A DNA stretch of 64,000 nt, from contig NW_026782542.1 in assembly GCF_031769215.1 (NCBI RefSeq), forward strand, positions 558,001 through 622,000. Direction: 5' to 3'. The notes beneath the pieces were generated by a model. It ran no database searches, was not told where the DNA came from, and saw only the letters and a program-made list of their open reading frames with translations. The DNA comes from Ylistrum balloti. Taxonomy: Eukaryota. The position numbers were made by a program, and so were the translations under genes. The stretch's first letter is position 1, and each line of letters opens with the position of its first letter. Shown here in pieces: positions 36,811 to 50,701 of the stretch.

Positions 36811-39800
36811 TTTTATGGTATTAAAATGTGACTCATAAATCTGCATCAGCAGCAAATAGACAATAATGTGCATTTTACATCTCTATCGATCAGGTGGTGA
36901 TGGTCATGAATGATATAATTTGATATGAATTACTTTAACATTTTACTTGTATGATATGGAGAAGACGGTTTTACAGTAAATGGTGAAATTTTTCCACGAG
37001 CGTCAATAGTCCACATTACGTGTTCGGCTGTGATGTCATACATGTAAATGGCCTATCCCAAAGGTAGTCTAATCCGATGTTAGCATCTAGTATTCGGGTA
37101 AATATCGAGCTTGACATTTCACCGCTATTCCAAGGTGGCTAATATAGAATGATATGTTGTAACTATATAGCCATCTCTCTGCCCTGATCTACGATACGTC
37201 TGACTGTGTACTGACAGGTCCTCCTTTCTCACGAGTTCCTTCATGTCTCCCTCTCTATTTGAATTTAAGAAAAAATGAGGCAGTCACTCTGCAGTAATGA
37301 CTTAACAACACATTTCATTTTGGAATAATTTTAAAGGTCTTCATACCATGGAATTTGGGCAACAGGCAAAGCTTTTATGAAACCCCTTCGTAAAACCTTA
37401 CATCCATATTGTTCATTTATTTACCAAATATCGCATTAGGATAATGATATTTTTATTTTTCATATACCGTATTTATTGTGATGAATGTTTGACCCTGTGA
37501 AAATGAAGAATTCCAGCATTGGGTGATTCACTTCTTTCAGTTCTTAACACCTAAGACTGCTATATTTAATGAGCTAGAGAAGAAGAGGAAAACCACGGGA
37601 TGAATCTGGTTACATAACTTCAACACAAAATATACCTGTTGTCAGGCTAATTCGCCCTTGTATTTTTACGTCTACTAGTGCAATATACCCTGTGGCGTTT
37701 ACCGTTTGCTGCACCAGTCAGAAATCGATTGCAATGCCATTAAATTGACAATGACGTAACGTCATTAATTGAAAATGGCCCCATCAAAAGGATTTCTCAA
37801 TTTCATTTTATTATGTCCATTGTTTGCCTAAAACCTAACAAAATGTAACTTTTCTGTGTCATGTTTAAAAATGTATTTAAATCATGTTTTCAGTTCATTT
37901 AAAAATTGATGCAACTCGTTTCGAAATTTTAATTTTTGTGCGTCAAGTATAGAAATATTAAGATACTTCTACAGCACTGCTCCCGCCTGGACCTGTTATA
38001 GATCCCTCTCCTAACCTGTAATTTTGATAGGAGCAGTCTCCACCGTTGTTACTTGATCTTATACATTTGATTACACACATGTGTTTTGTTTTGGATCGCC
38101 TCTAAAATTTGAAAAAAAAAAAAGAATCATTTGCATATAAACCGATTCAAACTTTTTGTATGGAGATATCCGCCAATCAAATGTAGATTTAAATTAATTT
38201 CATTTTTCATTGTTTTAGATATTCTCGAGTTTCATCTGTGTTACATCATTTATCTTGAATAAAAGATTGTAGTCAGTTTCTCTTTATATATACAGGTTGT
38301 TACTCATAACCTTATTCTTTCACTAATTTTCCTTTAGAGAGAATCCTGTCTCAACTTTAAATTCGATTAATAAGTATAGGAAAAACAACAGTAAATAGAA
38401 GACGACTGATGAAATGGAAGAAGATTTATAAACAAGGACATTTCTTATTTACGATCCCGTAGGTTTACTCATTAGGTAGGAGAATAACGCAGGGCTGTCA
38501 TTCAGACGTCCCGATTGTCAGAAATAATGGTTTGGGCGGAAGGGGTAGGCTGGTTCTTGTGTGACACGATGTACGAGGAAACATGGCAGACTTGCTTGTG
38601 AAGCTCACGCCCGACAACTTTAAATAGTGAATATAAGTGCTACACATGCAAGTTTCTCTCTCACCATGGCCACACATATCATGCTAGTCGCTTTAGATGC
38701 TGAAGCTGATATTGTAAACGGAGGCCGCGATATGCGGAAGATAGTTCCATTTGTCATTAGGCATAGACAATGACAATTATTTATATCTGGAGTAGGAATC
38801 TCTCGTGTCCACCTAGATCGGCTGTAAGGACACTATATGTAAATGGCAGTGCTGAGTGAGACCAGTGCTATCAGCCGTTCCATGGTGTATAAGACCTTTT
38901 CTGTGTCTACACTCTAGGGTACCAAGCACATGGGCGTGATCACGCGACTTGAGAATCGTTAACTTTGACGTGATTGCATGGTAAGGAATGAAGAATAGAA
39001 GGCGATATTGTGCAATGATTTTTGTCTCGTTTATAATATCTTAGATAGACATACAATGCTGTCTATCTCGTATTCGTATCTAGTTGTGGTATTTTAGCGC
39101 TTACTGCATATTTTTTAACCAGTCCCTATAAGAAAAAAACAAAACAAAGGAAACAAACGAAACGAAAAAAAAAACCAAACAAACAAACAAACATACAAGC
39201 AGAAATTCCATTGAGATATCTAGCTTCAGTAACGTCGCAACTATTTCAACATGCGTTCCGTGCTTGTGTGAAATCGGGGATAGTTAATTGATGGGTAAAT
39301 TCAAAATTTCCAACACGGTTTACCAGAGCTCCAAGAACTATCACGAAGCATAATGGAAGTAAAGGTGCACTGAGAACAGAGTTGCAGAAAAGACACACAA
39401 TTAATAGCATCATTCACTACTAATATAGAAACAGATACATTGTAGCCAAATAATGAATTGCACTGCATCATACAGCTGTGACGTCCTTCTAGGAGTCGTC
39501 ACTGATATCTAAGACGCAAAGTGCAGAAACCTATTAGATGACTGTGCGAAACCAAAAATGTTCAAATTAGATATAAAAAAAGGTACAAAAGTAACAAGCA
39601 AAATAAACTACTTTACTTAAAGCAGAGCTTTTCTGAAATTAGAATTCGGTTATTTTAGGCACCATTATTACCAGAACATCTGTCAACTATGCCAGCGAAA
39701 AAAACCCTTCGTTGATAAGACAGCTTCTCTAGCAGCCTTTGCAGATCTGGGTTTACTGCTATTTAGTTAAGGTACCTGGGTCTCTTGTAGTTTTGTATTT

Positions 39801-40530
39801 GTCTATAATTTTTAAGCTATCATGCTATATCATGCTGTCTACAGGAAGAAAACATTCGTGGTCTTGAAGAATAAATTGATCTCGGTATAACCAACACAGG
39901 ACATTCATAAAAAAATATCCCAGTTTTACAAAGGTCACCATATCTAATGTTGCTCGTCACTTTTCAAGGGATCCCTAGCTACACCATGTCTTTTCCAACG
40001 TATTAAACATATTAACAGTGTACATGAGAATAGTCAGTTTTTAAACTTACCGACTACTACTATCAGTAAAATGACTATTATGTGTGATCATAGCTTGATC
40101 ATCTTTGGGTTTGGGTGTCATTGGCATTTGTGCAATATGGACCTCTGTTTTTACCCGTGTGTGTCTGTACTCTACGCTGGATTGAAATTCGAATTTTATA
40201 AGGAGTCGTAAGTACTTTTACACAGTTTATATCGTGGTCACAGTACAGAATGCCGTAAGCATATATTGATGTATTTTGTGTGCATACACGCAACTGATAA
40301 ATAAAAGGAAAAGAAAGACAAACGCTGCCGTTTTAAATATGTTTGTCGTGGAAACCTAATCTCTTTATGTTGTTACTGAACGGATCGGATGTAGCTCGGC
40401 GGTGCACATCGTCTTCATATGATCAATATATAGGTACTAAGCTAGTTCACTGCTCATTTACTATGTGACAATAGATTACACAGAAATAATTTCCTCGCAG
40501 ACATGACCTATGAGCAATCCGCCACTACAC

Positions 40531-40617
40531 CTGACAATCTGTATACGGTTCGGTCCGTATCTTGGTAATATTCGGGGTAAAAATGAATTTTCTGGATGAA
40601 TCTTGCAATCTGCGGAC
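40531..40617 (-). other. Candidate isolated exon (87 nt, phase 1-1), product unknown
   Basis: Strong acceptor ttttttcttttcag, open frame (G)PQIARFIQKIHFYPEYYQDTDRTVYRLS, weak donor g/gtgtag. Confidence 0.25.
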
Positions 40618-41366
40618 CTGAAAAGAAAAAAGTCTTTGTCTGTTTTTTTGTCTATTACTTAATATCTGAGGTTTGTTTTTACGGTGTGTTTTGAATACCT
40701 ATAACAGGTGTGTAATGTGAGACGTAATTCGATGCGTTGAAGATCAAATCAATAGCTGCTTCTGTTAGGTGTTAAGTTGGGGCCGCGGATATGCTCCAGA
40801 AGTTCTGTCTCATGTCGGATATTTACAGAAATACAATGAACTGATGATCAAAGTATTTTCACAGATTATCTAAAGACGTATAAAATTATCATTTCCACAT
40901 AGATATCTGAATGTGGTACACGCATTTACTATTATTATTATTAGAATCTGAACGGCCTGTCAAGACATAAAAAGTCATTAGGGTCATCAACCGGTGAAAC
41001 ACACACCGATCAAAAAAGGAAATAACATTAAACAAACTAAAAGGTAAACGACAAATGCTAAAAATCCGAAATTGTTATATTATTACAAAAGAAAAAGTCA
41101 TATAAAAATACACTAATACTTAACGTTCTTTTGAAACGATCAGATAAATGAAGATTACGAAATTTATGGATTTACATGGCTATCTCTTCATCTGAATTTT
41201 AACATCTCTTCCGATCACGTTGGATTTCACTCAGTCACCTCCTAGGCTTATCTTTAGGCTCTTAACATCGCTGACATCCACTGAATCTTGTCCAAATTTA
41301 TATCAAATGGTGTTATTTATTGACGTTTCTATTGCACATTCTCATTCTATATAGAAATTGCATGGT

Positions 41367-41477
41367 CAATGTCTGGAAATATAAACTGTATTTTGGCGAT
41401 TATGAAGAAAGACAACAGCCTTTGGCGAGCTGTCTTTCTGTCTCGCGCCAAAATGCGGTTTACGTTTTCAGACACTG
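41367..41477. mobile_element. Foldback/MITE-like element, essentially one long hairpin
   Basis: Outer arms 41367-41398 and 41446-41477 match at 26/32 in inverted orientation; inner arms agaaagac(aac)agc / gctgtctttct. Confidence 0.75.
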
Positions 41478-42476
41478 ATCATGGCTTTTATTTATTTGAA
41501 AATTCAGACTTTTGCACGTTTAGCATTCTCTGTTCACTGGAATTTAAGCCAGATGACGTGCGCTTAAATAACTGAAAACGGAAATATGGCTCAAAACTGC
41601 AACGGGTAAAATAGGAATTAGATAAATGTTTCCGAATAGGCTTAATATTTATGACAACAAAGTATTTTTTTGAGATATTTTATAATAATTTGAAATGCTG
41701 TATTTAATTAAGTATTTCCGGGGAGTTCAAGTGCAGCTGTTTATCTTCATTGCTGAATACATCAAAAATATAGAAGTCAGGTGTATTTCGACAATGGGAG
41801 CACAAATTACGTAATAAAGACATCGTTGCTGAGCTATAGCTTAAATGGAGACAAAATGCACGAAGACAACGAGTCTTTGGTGATTTCCAGAAGACAGATA
41901 TATCATGAATTTAGCTGTGGGACTGTGTTTCAGTACATTTTTGTACATCCATCTCTCGACGGTCTCGCTGCCAGCCATCTTGAACGTACCGAAGTCTCAA
42001 ATTATAAATAAAAAATCTCCTCTCGCTTTTGGTTAACTCTCATTTGTTATATTTCTCATATTTTAAATTATTTTGAGAGATTTATGTTTGATGATCTGTA
42101 GGATTAACAATTTTAGTGAAGCAAGATACCAGATCAACAAGGTTATATAATATATTTGTTACCCTTACCACGACTTAACTACAAGAACTGACAAGCAATA
42201 AACATATACACAACAAATTAGACAGCTGTACTGGACTTAATCTTTTTTTTTTTAATCTTTCAGGATGAATGTAAATAATTAAATTCCATCAACTGAACTT
42301 CCCAGCGGGTAATGAATTTTCTGGGCAATGAGTTCTAATGACAGGCGATTTGTATGAGGGAATGTGGTTTTATAAATGATAATACTGGTCGTTACCTTTT
42401 TCTACAAAAAGCTTTCACAGCTTAAAACAAACTATAAGAAGAAAAAAAAATTAACAAATGGCACCATCCATCACAC

Positions 42477-42542
42477 CGGCATGTCTGTGTGTACTTGAAG
42501 AGGTATTCACAGGCAGAACTATACCGCCGTGAGATCCTGATT
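42477..42542 (-). other. Candidate isolated exon (66 nt, phase 1-1), product unknown
   Basis: Strong acceptor gtattttccttgcag, open frame SGSHGGIVLPVNTSSSTHRHA, weak donor g/gtgtga. Confidence 0.2.
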
Positions 42543-45452
42543 CTGCAAGGAAAATACAGCAAGACCCCAATTGATTTAAATAAGAAAGACCAAAAGAGTA
42601 TTCATTCCTTAACTAGAGATAATGACACTAATCATTCTGTACCTTAACTTTTGTGAAGAGAGAACTAATTTAATGGGGGTCCACATGAGCAGAATATGAT
42701 GAGTTTGCTTCTCTCCTCAACACTGTTCCACACGATATATAAGCTCTTATCATAATGTGCTTATCTCCCAGTATTCTAAAGTAACACTACGTATTGATAT
42801 ATAATGGTTAACTTGAATTATTTATTGACCCATAAATCAAAGAACGGATTGTACTCTAAGTAAACAGCAAGGCTGTTTATTCCAGGAATACACTCCGCTA
42901 TTAATAAAAAATAGCGATATCTTCTTTTACGTTTATAATGGGACCCTTTCTATAATAGTTTCTTACATCGTCACATTGGCCTATCAAACGCGGCTTTAGA
43001 AAATGAAAATGACCAATGAAGATGATTGTTTCATAGAGGATTGAGTTAATACTAGTTATAGGAGACTCTGCACACAGTCACTCATTGTCCTATCATGTCA
43101 ATCTCTCAAAGCTATTATCCTTTCTTTTTGTAAACAGATATATGTTTCGACATCTTTCTCATTGTGCGCAATAAATATAATTAGTCTAAATTCTGTCAAA
43201 TCTTTAGAAATTAGATTAACGGAATTTTAAAAAAAAATCTGCTGCTATTTTAGTATTAGTTAAATAACACCGAGATGGTTGTTGATATTTTCAACGTTTA
43301 TATCTAAATTGTTGTTTCATGTTATAAGGTTTTTATGACGATATTTGTTTAGAATTTCTATGTTTTCATATCAATTTTTCTTTTTTATATTCCTTGTCTT
43401 CAAAATGTTAATTCATGATTCCCATGTATACATCTACATTTTCCTTTTCATTTTCGATGTTTACATCAAGATTGTTGTTTATATTTCATGTTATCAGGTT
43501 TGTTTTAATTTTCTTTGTATACATCTAGATGTTTCTTTACATTTTCTATGTTCACATCATGTTTGTTTCTATTTTCTATGTTTACAACTAGATTTGTTTT
43601 AATTTTTTTACTTAATGTTGTTGTTCACATTTAGATTTAAGACAGAATCATTTCAGGTTTTACACCCTATGTGATAATGCAGAGGTCTACTTATTTCTGC
43701 GAGCATCGTTACGAGAGTCATGTGTAGACCTTTGGTTTATATGCCTCGTGTTTTATATTGGGAACTATGTACATTTATTCCGGTTAGATTCGATCGCGAT
43801 GTTGTCTACATTACATACAAACTTTATATCCTCACGATAATTCCTTGTTTCTAAAATGCGATCTCGAAAATCACTCAAATCTCACAAAGATCTCACTTAA
43901 CTTATACACTGATATACCTTTGGTAGTGAAGTATCATACAGCTACCTAGCAGAATTGTGGTCCTTAGTTCAAGTCATCGTAACCTAAACCTATAATTCAA
44001 GCATAATTTAAACGCTCCAGAATATTGGAATCAAAATAAAGAGCCTTTTTTCCTATCAAACAAGATTTCTTTAACGCTATGTGGCTTTGTATTAGTTATA
44101 GGCCTATGATTCAGCTTAGTACATGGATCTCCAGACTTTCAGTTGCCTATGAACACTAAGTTACTACTATCATAGATTACATTAGGTAACCTAAAATCTA
44201 CTCTACTAAACTGTTCATTTCTGGCACAGACTGGGTTTGTTTTGAGTACGATGGATTCTCCGATTGATTATTTTTCCATTCTATTGCATATCATTTTCTG
44301 AAAACTATAAATATTTCCAGATGTTTTATATTATTCGTCATCAAAAACTGAAAATGTTCGAGAAATTTCAGAATCCCAACCTCGGCCGTTAGGCAGTAAA
44401 CTCATATTTATACTTATAAACAGCAAAAACGTAGATTTTAATTTACACAGGGGTAAAAAGTACTTTTCAGTGTGGTATAAATAATGATAATAGCCGGTCC
44501 GTTTGTGAAAATAAAATGAAAGTTTTTTTATTTCAAGTCAACGTAATGGATTCTGGAGTATAAGGACAAAATGGCGTCCGGAGTTTCTAGTTTTACTAGG
44601 ATTTGATGGTGTTTGATTCAGGGATGTCGACATCGGCCTAGTAACTTGTGCCGTGAAACAAACCTCGCTGGGAAGAGAAAAAGGAAAACAATTAAACAAT
44701 AATGAAGTTTTTTTTTTCCAAATCCTCAAATGCACAACAAATGGAATTAGGTCCTTTTTTTATCAACACACACAATGTTAGGCAAAGCGGCACGTAGTCT
44801 CCCCCGACCGCGTGTCTTTCTTACTACATCATACATGTTCCGGAATATATGCATATATCACATGAATTGATCGATGTCGAAGAGTTAAAAGATTGTAATA
44901 AAAAAAAAAAAAAACCAAACCAAAAAACAAAAAAATACGTACAAGTGAATAACATACAAATTTAACATTAGTTACAGGTGGTATGTTGCTTCATTTTAAA
45001 GCTCCTCCATCCAATTATCACCCGTCAGTGATTCTCGGGGTCTGTTGTGTTGTGTTCACTATCTAGAGGGTAAATTGTGTAAAATGTCAAAGGGAAGATA
45101 GAAATTAATGTTTACCTCATATTGTTATCAATACAATAAATTTCAGTATTTGTTGTTTTAAAGATAACAGTTAGTACATGTATGTAGAACCACTGGAAAA
45201 AACATACAAAACGAGACGATAGAATATTACCAGTCTAAATGTAATAGGCTTTATATACCTTTCATATCATAAATGAATAAATGTGGTTATTGTGGTGGTT
45301 TTTAATGTATTTGATATATTGATTCCTAGTTATCATCATGGAAAACATCAGAAATACACCACAACATTATTTATATAAAAAAAATGGAAAAAGAAGTACA
45401 CAATTTATCATAAACATTCAAAAGTTTGAAAATATGCCAAACTCCGCCTCGC

Positions 45453-46982
45453 GAGACAATGACCTTGTTACAGTACCCTGTGGTATTGATATACTATAGA
45501 GATAATGACGTTGTTACAGTCCCCTGTGGTAGTGATATACTATAGAGATAATGACGTTGTTACAGTCCCCTGTGGTAGTGATATACTATAGAGATAATGA
45601 CGTTGTTACAGTCCTCTGTGGTAGTGATATACTATAGAGATAATGACGTTGTTACAGTACCCTGTGGTAGTGATATACTATAGAGATAATGACGTTGTTA
45701 CAGTCCTCTGTGGTAGTGTTATACTATAGAGATAATGACGTTGTTACAGTCCCCTGTGGGTAGTGATATACTATAAGGGAAATAATTACGTTGATACAGT
45801 CCCCTGTGGTAGTGATATGCTATAGGGGAGATGATGACGTTGTTACAGTCCCCTGTGGTAGTGATATACTATAGAGATAATGACGTTGTTACAGTCCCCT
45901 GTGGTAGTGATATACTATAGGGGAGATAATGACCTTGTTACAGTACCCTGTAGTAGTGATATACTATAGAGATAATGACGTTGTTACAGTCCCCTGTGAT
46001 AGTGATATACTATAGAGATAATGACGTTGTTACAGTCCCCTGTGGTAGTGATATACTATAGAGATAATGACGTTGTTACAGTCCCCTGTGGTAGTGATAT
46101 ACTATAGAGATAATGACGTTGTTACAGTACCCTGTGGTAGTGATTAACTATAGGGGAGGTAATGACGTTGCTACAGTCCCCTGTGGTAGTGATATACTAT
46201 AGAGATAATTACGTTGTTACAGTCCCCTGTGGTAGTGATATACTATAGAGATAATGACGTTGTTACAGTCCCCTGTGGTAGTGATATACTATAGAGATAA
46301 TGACGTTGTTACAGTCCCCTGTGGTAGTGATATACTATAGAGATAATGACGTTGTTACAGTCCCCTGTGGTAGTGATATACTATAGAGACAATGACCTTG
46401 TTACAGTCCCTGTGGTAGTGATATACTATAGAGATAATGACGTTGTTACAGTCCCCTGTGGTAGTGATATACTATAGAGATAATTACGTTGTTACAGTCC
46501 CCTGTGGTAGTGATTAACTATAGGGGAGATAATGACGTTGTAACAGTCCCCTGTGGTAGTGATATACTATAGAGATAATGACGTTGTTACAGTCCCCTGT
46601 GGTAGTGATATACTATAGAGATAATGACGTTGTTACAGTCCCCTGTGGTAGTGATATACTATAGAGATAATGACGTTGTTACAGTCCCCTGTGGTAGTGA
46701 TATACTATAGAGATAATGACGTTGTTACAGTCCCCTGTGGTAGTGATATACTATAGAGATAATGACGTTGTTACAGTCCCCTGTGGTAGTGATATACTAT
46801 AGAGATAATGACGTTGTTACAGTCCCCTGTGGTAGTGATTAACTATAGGGGAGATAATGACCGTGTTACAGTCCCCTGTGGTAGTGATATACTATAGAGA
46901 TAATTACGTTGTTACACTCCCCTGTGGTAGTGATTAACTATAGAGATAATGACGTTGTTACAGTCCTGTGTGGTTGTGATAT
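45453..46982. repeat. Tandem array, ~33 x 46 bp (occasional 49 bp variants), highly homogeneous
   Basis: Unit gagataatgacgttgttacagtcccctgtggtagtgatatactata; period 46 (tggta at 45481, 45527). Confidence 0.98.
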
Positions 46983-48779
46983 GATATATAATAGGAGGAT
47001 TATGATGTTAAATCAGTCTCTTTAGTCTCGAAGGGGAGTCTGACTCGGGGTCGTCCCGAATGTAGAGAACAAAAGTGTAGCATTCTGGAATTATTGAATA
47101 TAATCATTCTTTTTGTAGACATTCATCCTATGTATGTGTTATTGTCGTAGAGAAATGATATCATATTTTTACTCAAGAAGTGAAATTACTAGTCAGAGTC
47201 TTTGAACAATCGTCAACACTCTCTTCAAGAAAAAAACATTTCCTCCATAAGCATATTTTTGTACTTTAACGGAGTTTGAGTGCAAATCTTTCTTTTGTAC
47301 ATATTTTGTCCTGGTTCGATTGCACTTGAGTTTGAATTATGAACATGTAGACATATTGTTTTTACAACGCATCAATTATGTACGGAATAGATTAAAAGGA
47401 CACAAACAAGATAACGAAGATTTTAAAATGCATCAATGACACAAACCGGGAAACGACTGTATTAAATTTGTTTGTTGCAATTTTCGGTAAACTTTACAGT
47501 CTTTCCGCTTGACAGGAACGTTTCTAGATAACAACATGTTTCTTGGATCAGACTTACTCGCAAACACACAACATACCGACATCAATTACCAATGTTCTGG
47601 TTTGATTCGTCTCGCAAACAGAAACTGTAGTTATCGTAGCACCAAGACGCCCCCTTATCGGTGCGTGATCGCGTGACAATGTCATGCCTATGACTTGGGA
47701 TACACGTTTCATTAGACAAGGCGTTGAACCCCAGGTCAGTATAGGAACTCGTCGCTAGGAGGCCTCATCGCACGTACTCGTTCATTGCGTGTAACAGTAC
47801 GTGTTCTTGGATTTCGAACAAGTAAACCACGCGTAAAGGACATTCTTCATTGAACACAAAGTGTTCAATAACGTATTGATTTCCGTCACAGTGATATCCG
47901 TATTGAAGCAAAGTCGGACATGTGATATGTTGACGAAATGTTCACAATTATCATATACTTTGATACAACGTGTTAATTTACACGTGAATTTAACTTTTGT
48001 ATTTACTTCAGACAATGACATAAAACACTTTATGACCCCATCTTTGTTATATCGTTGGTTTGATGAAATACTGCACGTGGTATTTCACTTGATAAACTCT
48101 CCTTTTTATTTTTAATCTACAGTCATTTTATTACTTCAGTCAAAGTAATTAGAAAAAAATAATAATAAAAAAGGGAACATCCCACCAACTCTGCCGAAAA
48201 TTATTTGCACACAGATAGAAAAATTGAAATTGAAACAATATCGAGAATTGCTTCTCTGAAAATTTGAAAATCTACTCACGGACCATCTGTTGTTAATGTA
48301 CACATAAACCACATGATGTATCCCTTTAGCGTGTTATATACTAAGTCACGCAGCCATCAAATTTTCACGTGATAAAACTTACAACAAAGTAACCATTATT
48401 TATGAGTCCTGGTTCCAGAAGTAGTTAATAACGACCTGTATCAGAAACTCTTTTATTTTATCAAATCAATTTGTAATATCGTGTTTCCATAACTTCTAAA
48501 TTGTAATACTGGGACATGAGTATTTCAATTCAAGGCCCAGACAGACAGAAAGGTGGCTACATGATTTTTCATTCCGTCTTGATAAAATTCGAGTTATCCA
48601 TATCCAATTTTTTCGGGATTTCCCCCCTGTTTTTTGGGTTTTTTTTTGCGTTTTTTTGTTCTTTTTTTTATGTATAATCATTTATTATAGGATGTTTAAG
48701 TTGTTTACTTGTTTTTCATCACATAATTGTACATTGATTCAAGTTTTCAAACAAACATTAACCACCGGTAGCCTTGGTG

Positions 48780-49158
48780 GTATTAGCTCATACTACATGC
48801 AGAACAGAGTGATACATGCATTAGGCTAAGTTCAGCTGAAAACTCGCTGTTAACTAGAGCTGTTCAAAAATTTATTGATGCATCTGAGCTCTGAGCGATT
48901 TGGCTAGTTATCTGCTTTTCTCGCCTTTCCTCCTTTGTACTATATACTATCTTCTTCTCTCCTTACCTACCCTCCTTCCTTCTCTTCAGTCTTCCCTTTT
49001 GTTTCGATAAAAAAATATTATATATATGTATTGTTACATTGCTTGTTGTTTAAGTATTGGTGTATAAACTATGCAATGGAGAGGGCTTTATAAGTTAGTA
49101 AAACTTGTGTCCAATCTTATTTTACGAACTTTCTGCAATAAAATAATTATTAAATCAA
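48780..49158 (+). mobile_element. 5'-truncated CR1-like LINE: ORF2 C-terminus plus 3' UTR
   Basis: RLSSAENSLLTRAVQKFIDASEL* (48823-48894) resembles the CR1 terminal motif LS..EN..IF.AVQ.FI..S.RF*; then a CT-rich tract and a 3' end shared with 23852-23928. Confidence 0.65.
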
Positions 49159-50351
49159 AATATATTACACCAGACAGAGAAGACGAATATAACCCTCTAA
49201 TTTGTAGCATGTTTGCCCTACAATAAAACAATTTCAGTGACAAATTCTCCATAATGATAGTTTTAGCAATATTTATTCACGATATCAAGAGTGTAATTTC
49301 AACATAATCTTGTCAACTCGCAAACTTAGTATGATAATAAAATCACCCAATTAAACACTGCCTTTAAAGGCATGACTACGTGTTTGTAACCCTGAAAAAA
49401 TATTACTACCAATTAGATCCAGTTTTCATGTTATCATGATTCGTCAAAATGATAAAGAGGTAGGGCGATTAACAGCTTGATTCGACCTTAATTCTTCCAA
49501 CGATGAAATAGGAGATAATATCTATCTTCCATTGCGACAATTTCGAAAGAAATATTCCAATGTGTTGTAAATACTTTGGTTGATATTCAGTAATTCAATA
49601 TTAATGCATTATACATTTGTATTGTATATGACAAACTACAGAATCAGATGATAAAAATGGAACCAAAAAATCGTAATTTGATCAATTAGATCTAAAGGAT
49701 ATTATAAAATAATGTTTATGTAGCTCATTCTTTTTATTTGATAGTTTTCATTGCCTAATCCGCGATATGCTGATGAACAGACAACTCGTTGCTATGGAAA
49801 TTGTTCTGACGCTAGCGCAAATATGGCGGCCTTCTTTTAAAAAATTCTTTTTGAGGCAAGTGGTCGACTTCTGTATTATAGAGATATACGAAAAGGCATG
49901 TTCAGATGGATCATACAAATGTAAGATGTATAGTACGAGGATGAAAGTCTTTATTTCGATTCATTTTTCTCTTATTTCGAATGCGTTTATCGGTAATTTC
50001 ACAAAAACTGCTACAGAGACAGTCATATCATATTCTCAATCCAAGGGTCAGCTTCAGTTGTAATTATATCACAACTAAATGAAATCATATATCATTTACA
50101 GAATGTAATACATATATCCTAATCTGATATTTGAAAGAAGCTTGCTGACAACTTCAGATGAATCTCCCGTCACCTGTCTAAGCCTTCACACGTTGCACGT
50201 TGTTCCATCGGTCAGCATTAGTGAACCAATATTATTGCCATTCAGAGATAGGCATGACGGAATTCGGATATGTACACTAGGAATCAGTACAAGTAACAAT
50301 TTAGACACATATTCCACGCATTGAAACATTTAAAGTATTTCCATATACCTC

Positions 50352-50436
50352 GACCAATATCCTGACCTGAATCTATCGACAAAAGTGGGCGGAGCTTCTA
50401 CGTCACCAATGGTTGAAATGAACGTTTTGATTGGCA
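50352..50436. promoter_or_regulatory. Promoter-like cluster: CCAAT, GC box, CRE-like site, CCAAT, reverse CCAAT
   Basis: ccaat 50354-50358, gggcggagc 50387-50395, tacgtca 50399-50405, ccaat 50406-50410, attgg 50430-50434. No linked transcript identified; may be transposon-borne. Confidence 0.3.
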
Positions 50437-50701
50437 CAGCTTCGAACAAAAACCTGCATATCTTACTTTTTGTTGAATTTCGTTGATATTGCGATAATAA
50501 CATCACATTCAGACTCGAATTATTTCAGAATGGGGAGAGTTTGCTAATATTATTTTCTGTTTATGCAAAATATTAGATCATGATTTGTTTCATTTGTTTC
50601 TGTTGTTTTAACATTCGACTGACCAAAACAAATAAATCATTATCTAATTTTCAATATATACGGTCAATAGAACCTGCTCCAAAAATATTTCAGAAAGTGG
50701 A

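Noticed and set aside
38540-38900. GPCR-like words on the minus strand (LYTMERLIAL, KATSMICV)
   Set aside because: Spacing too short for TM3-TM7, several stops, no hydrophobic helices in between.
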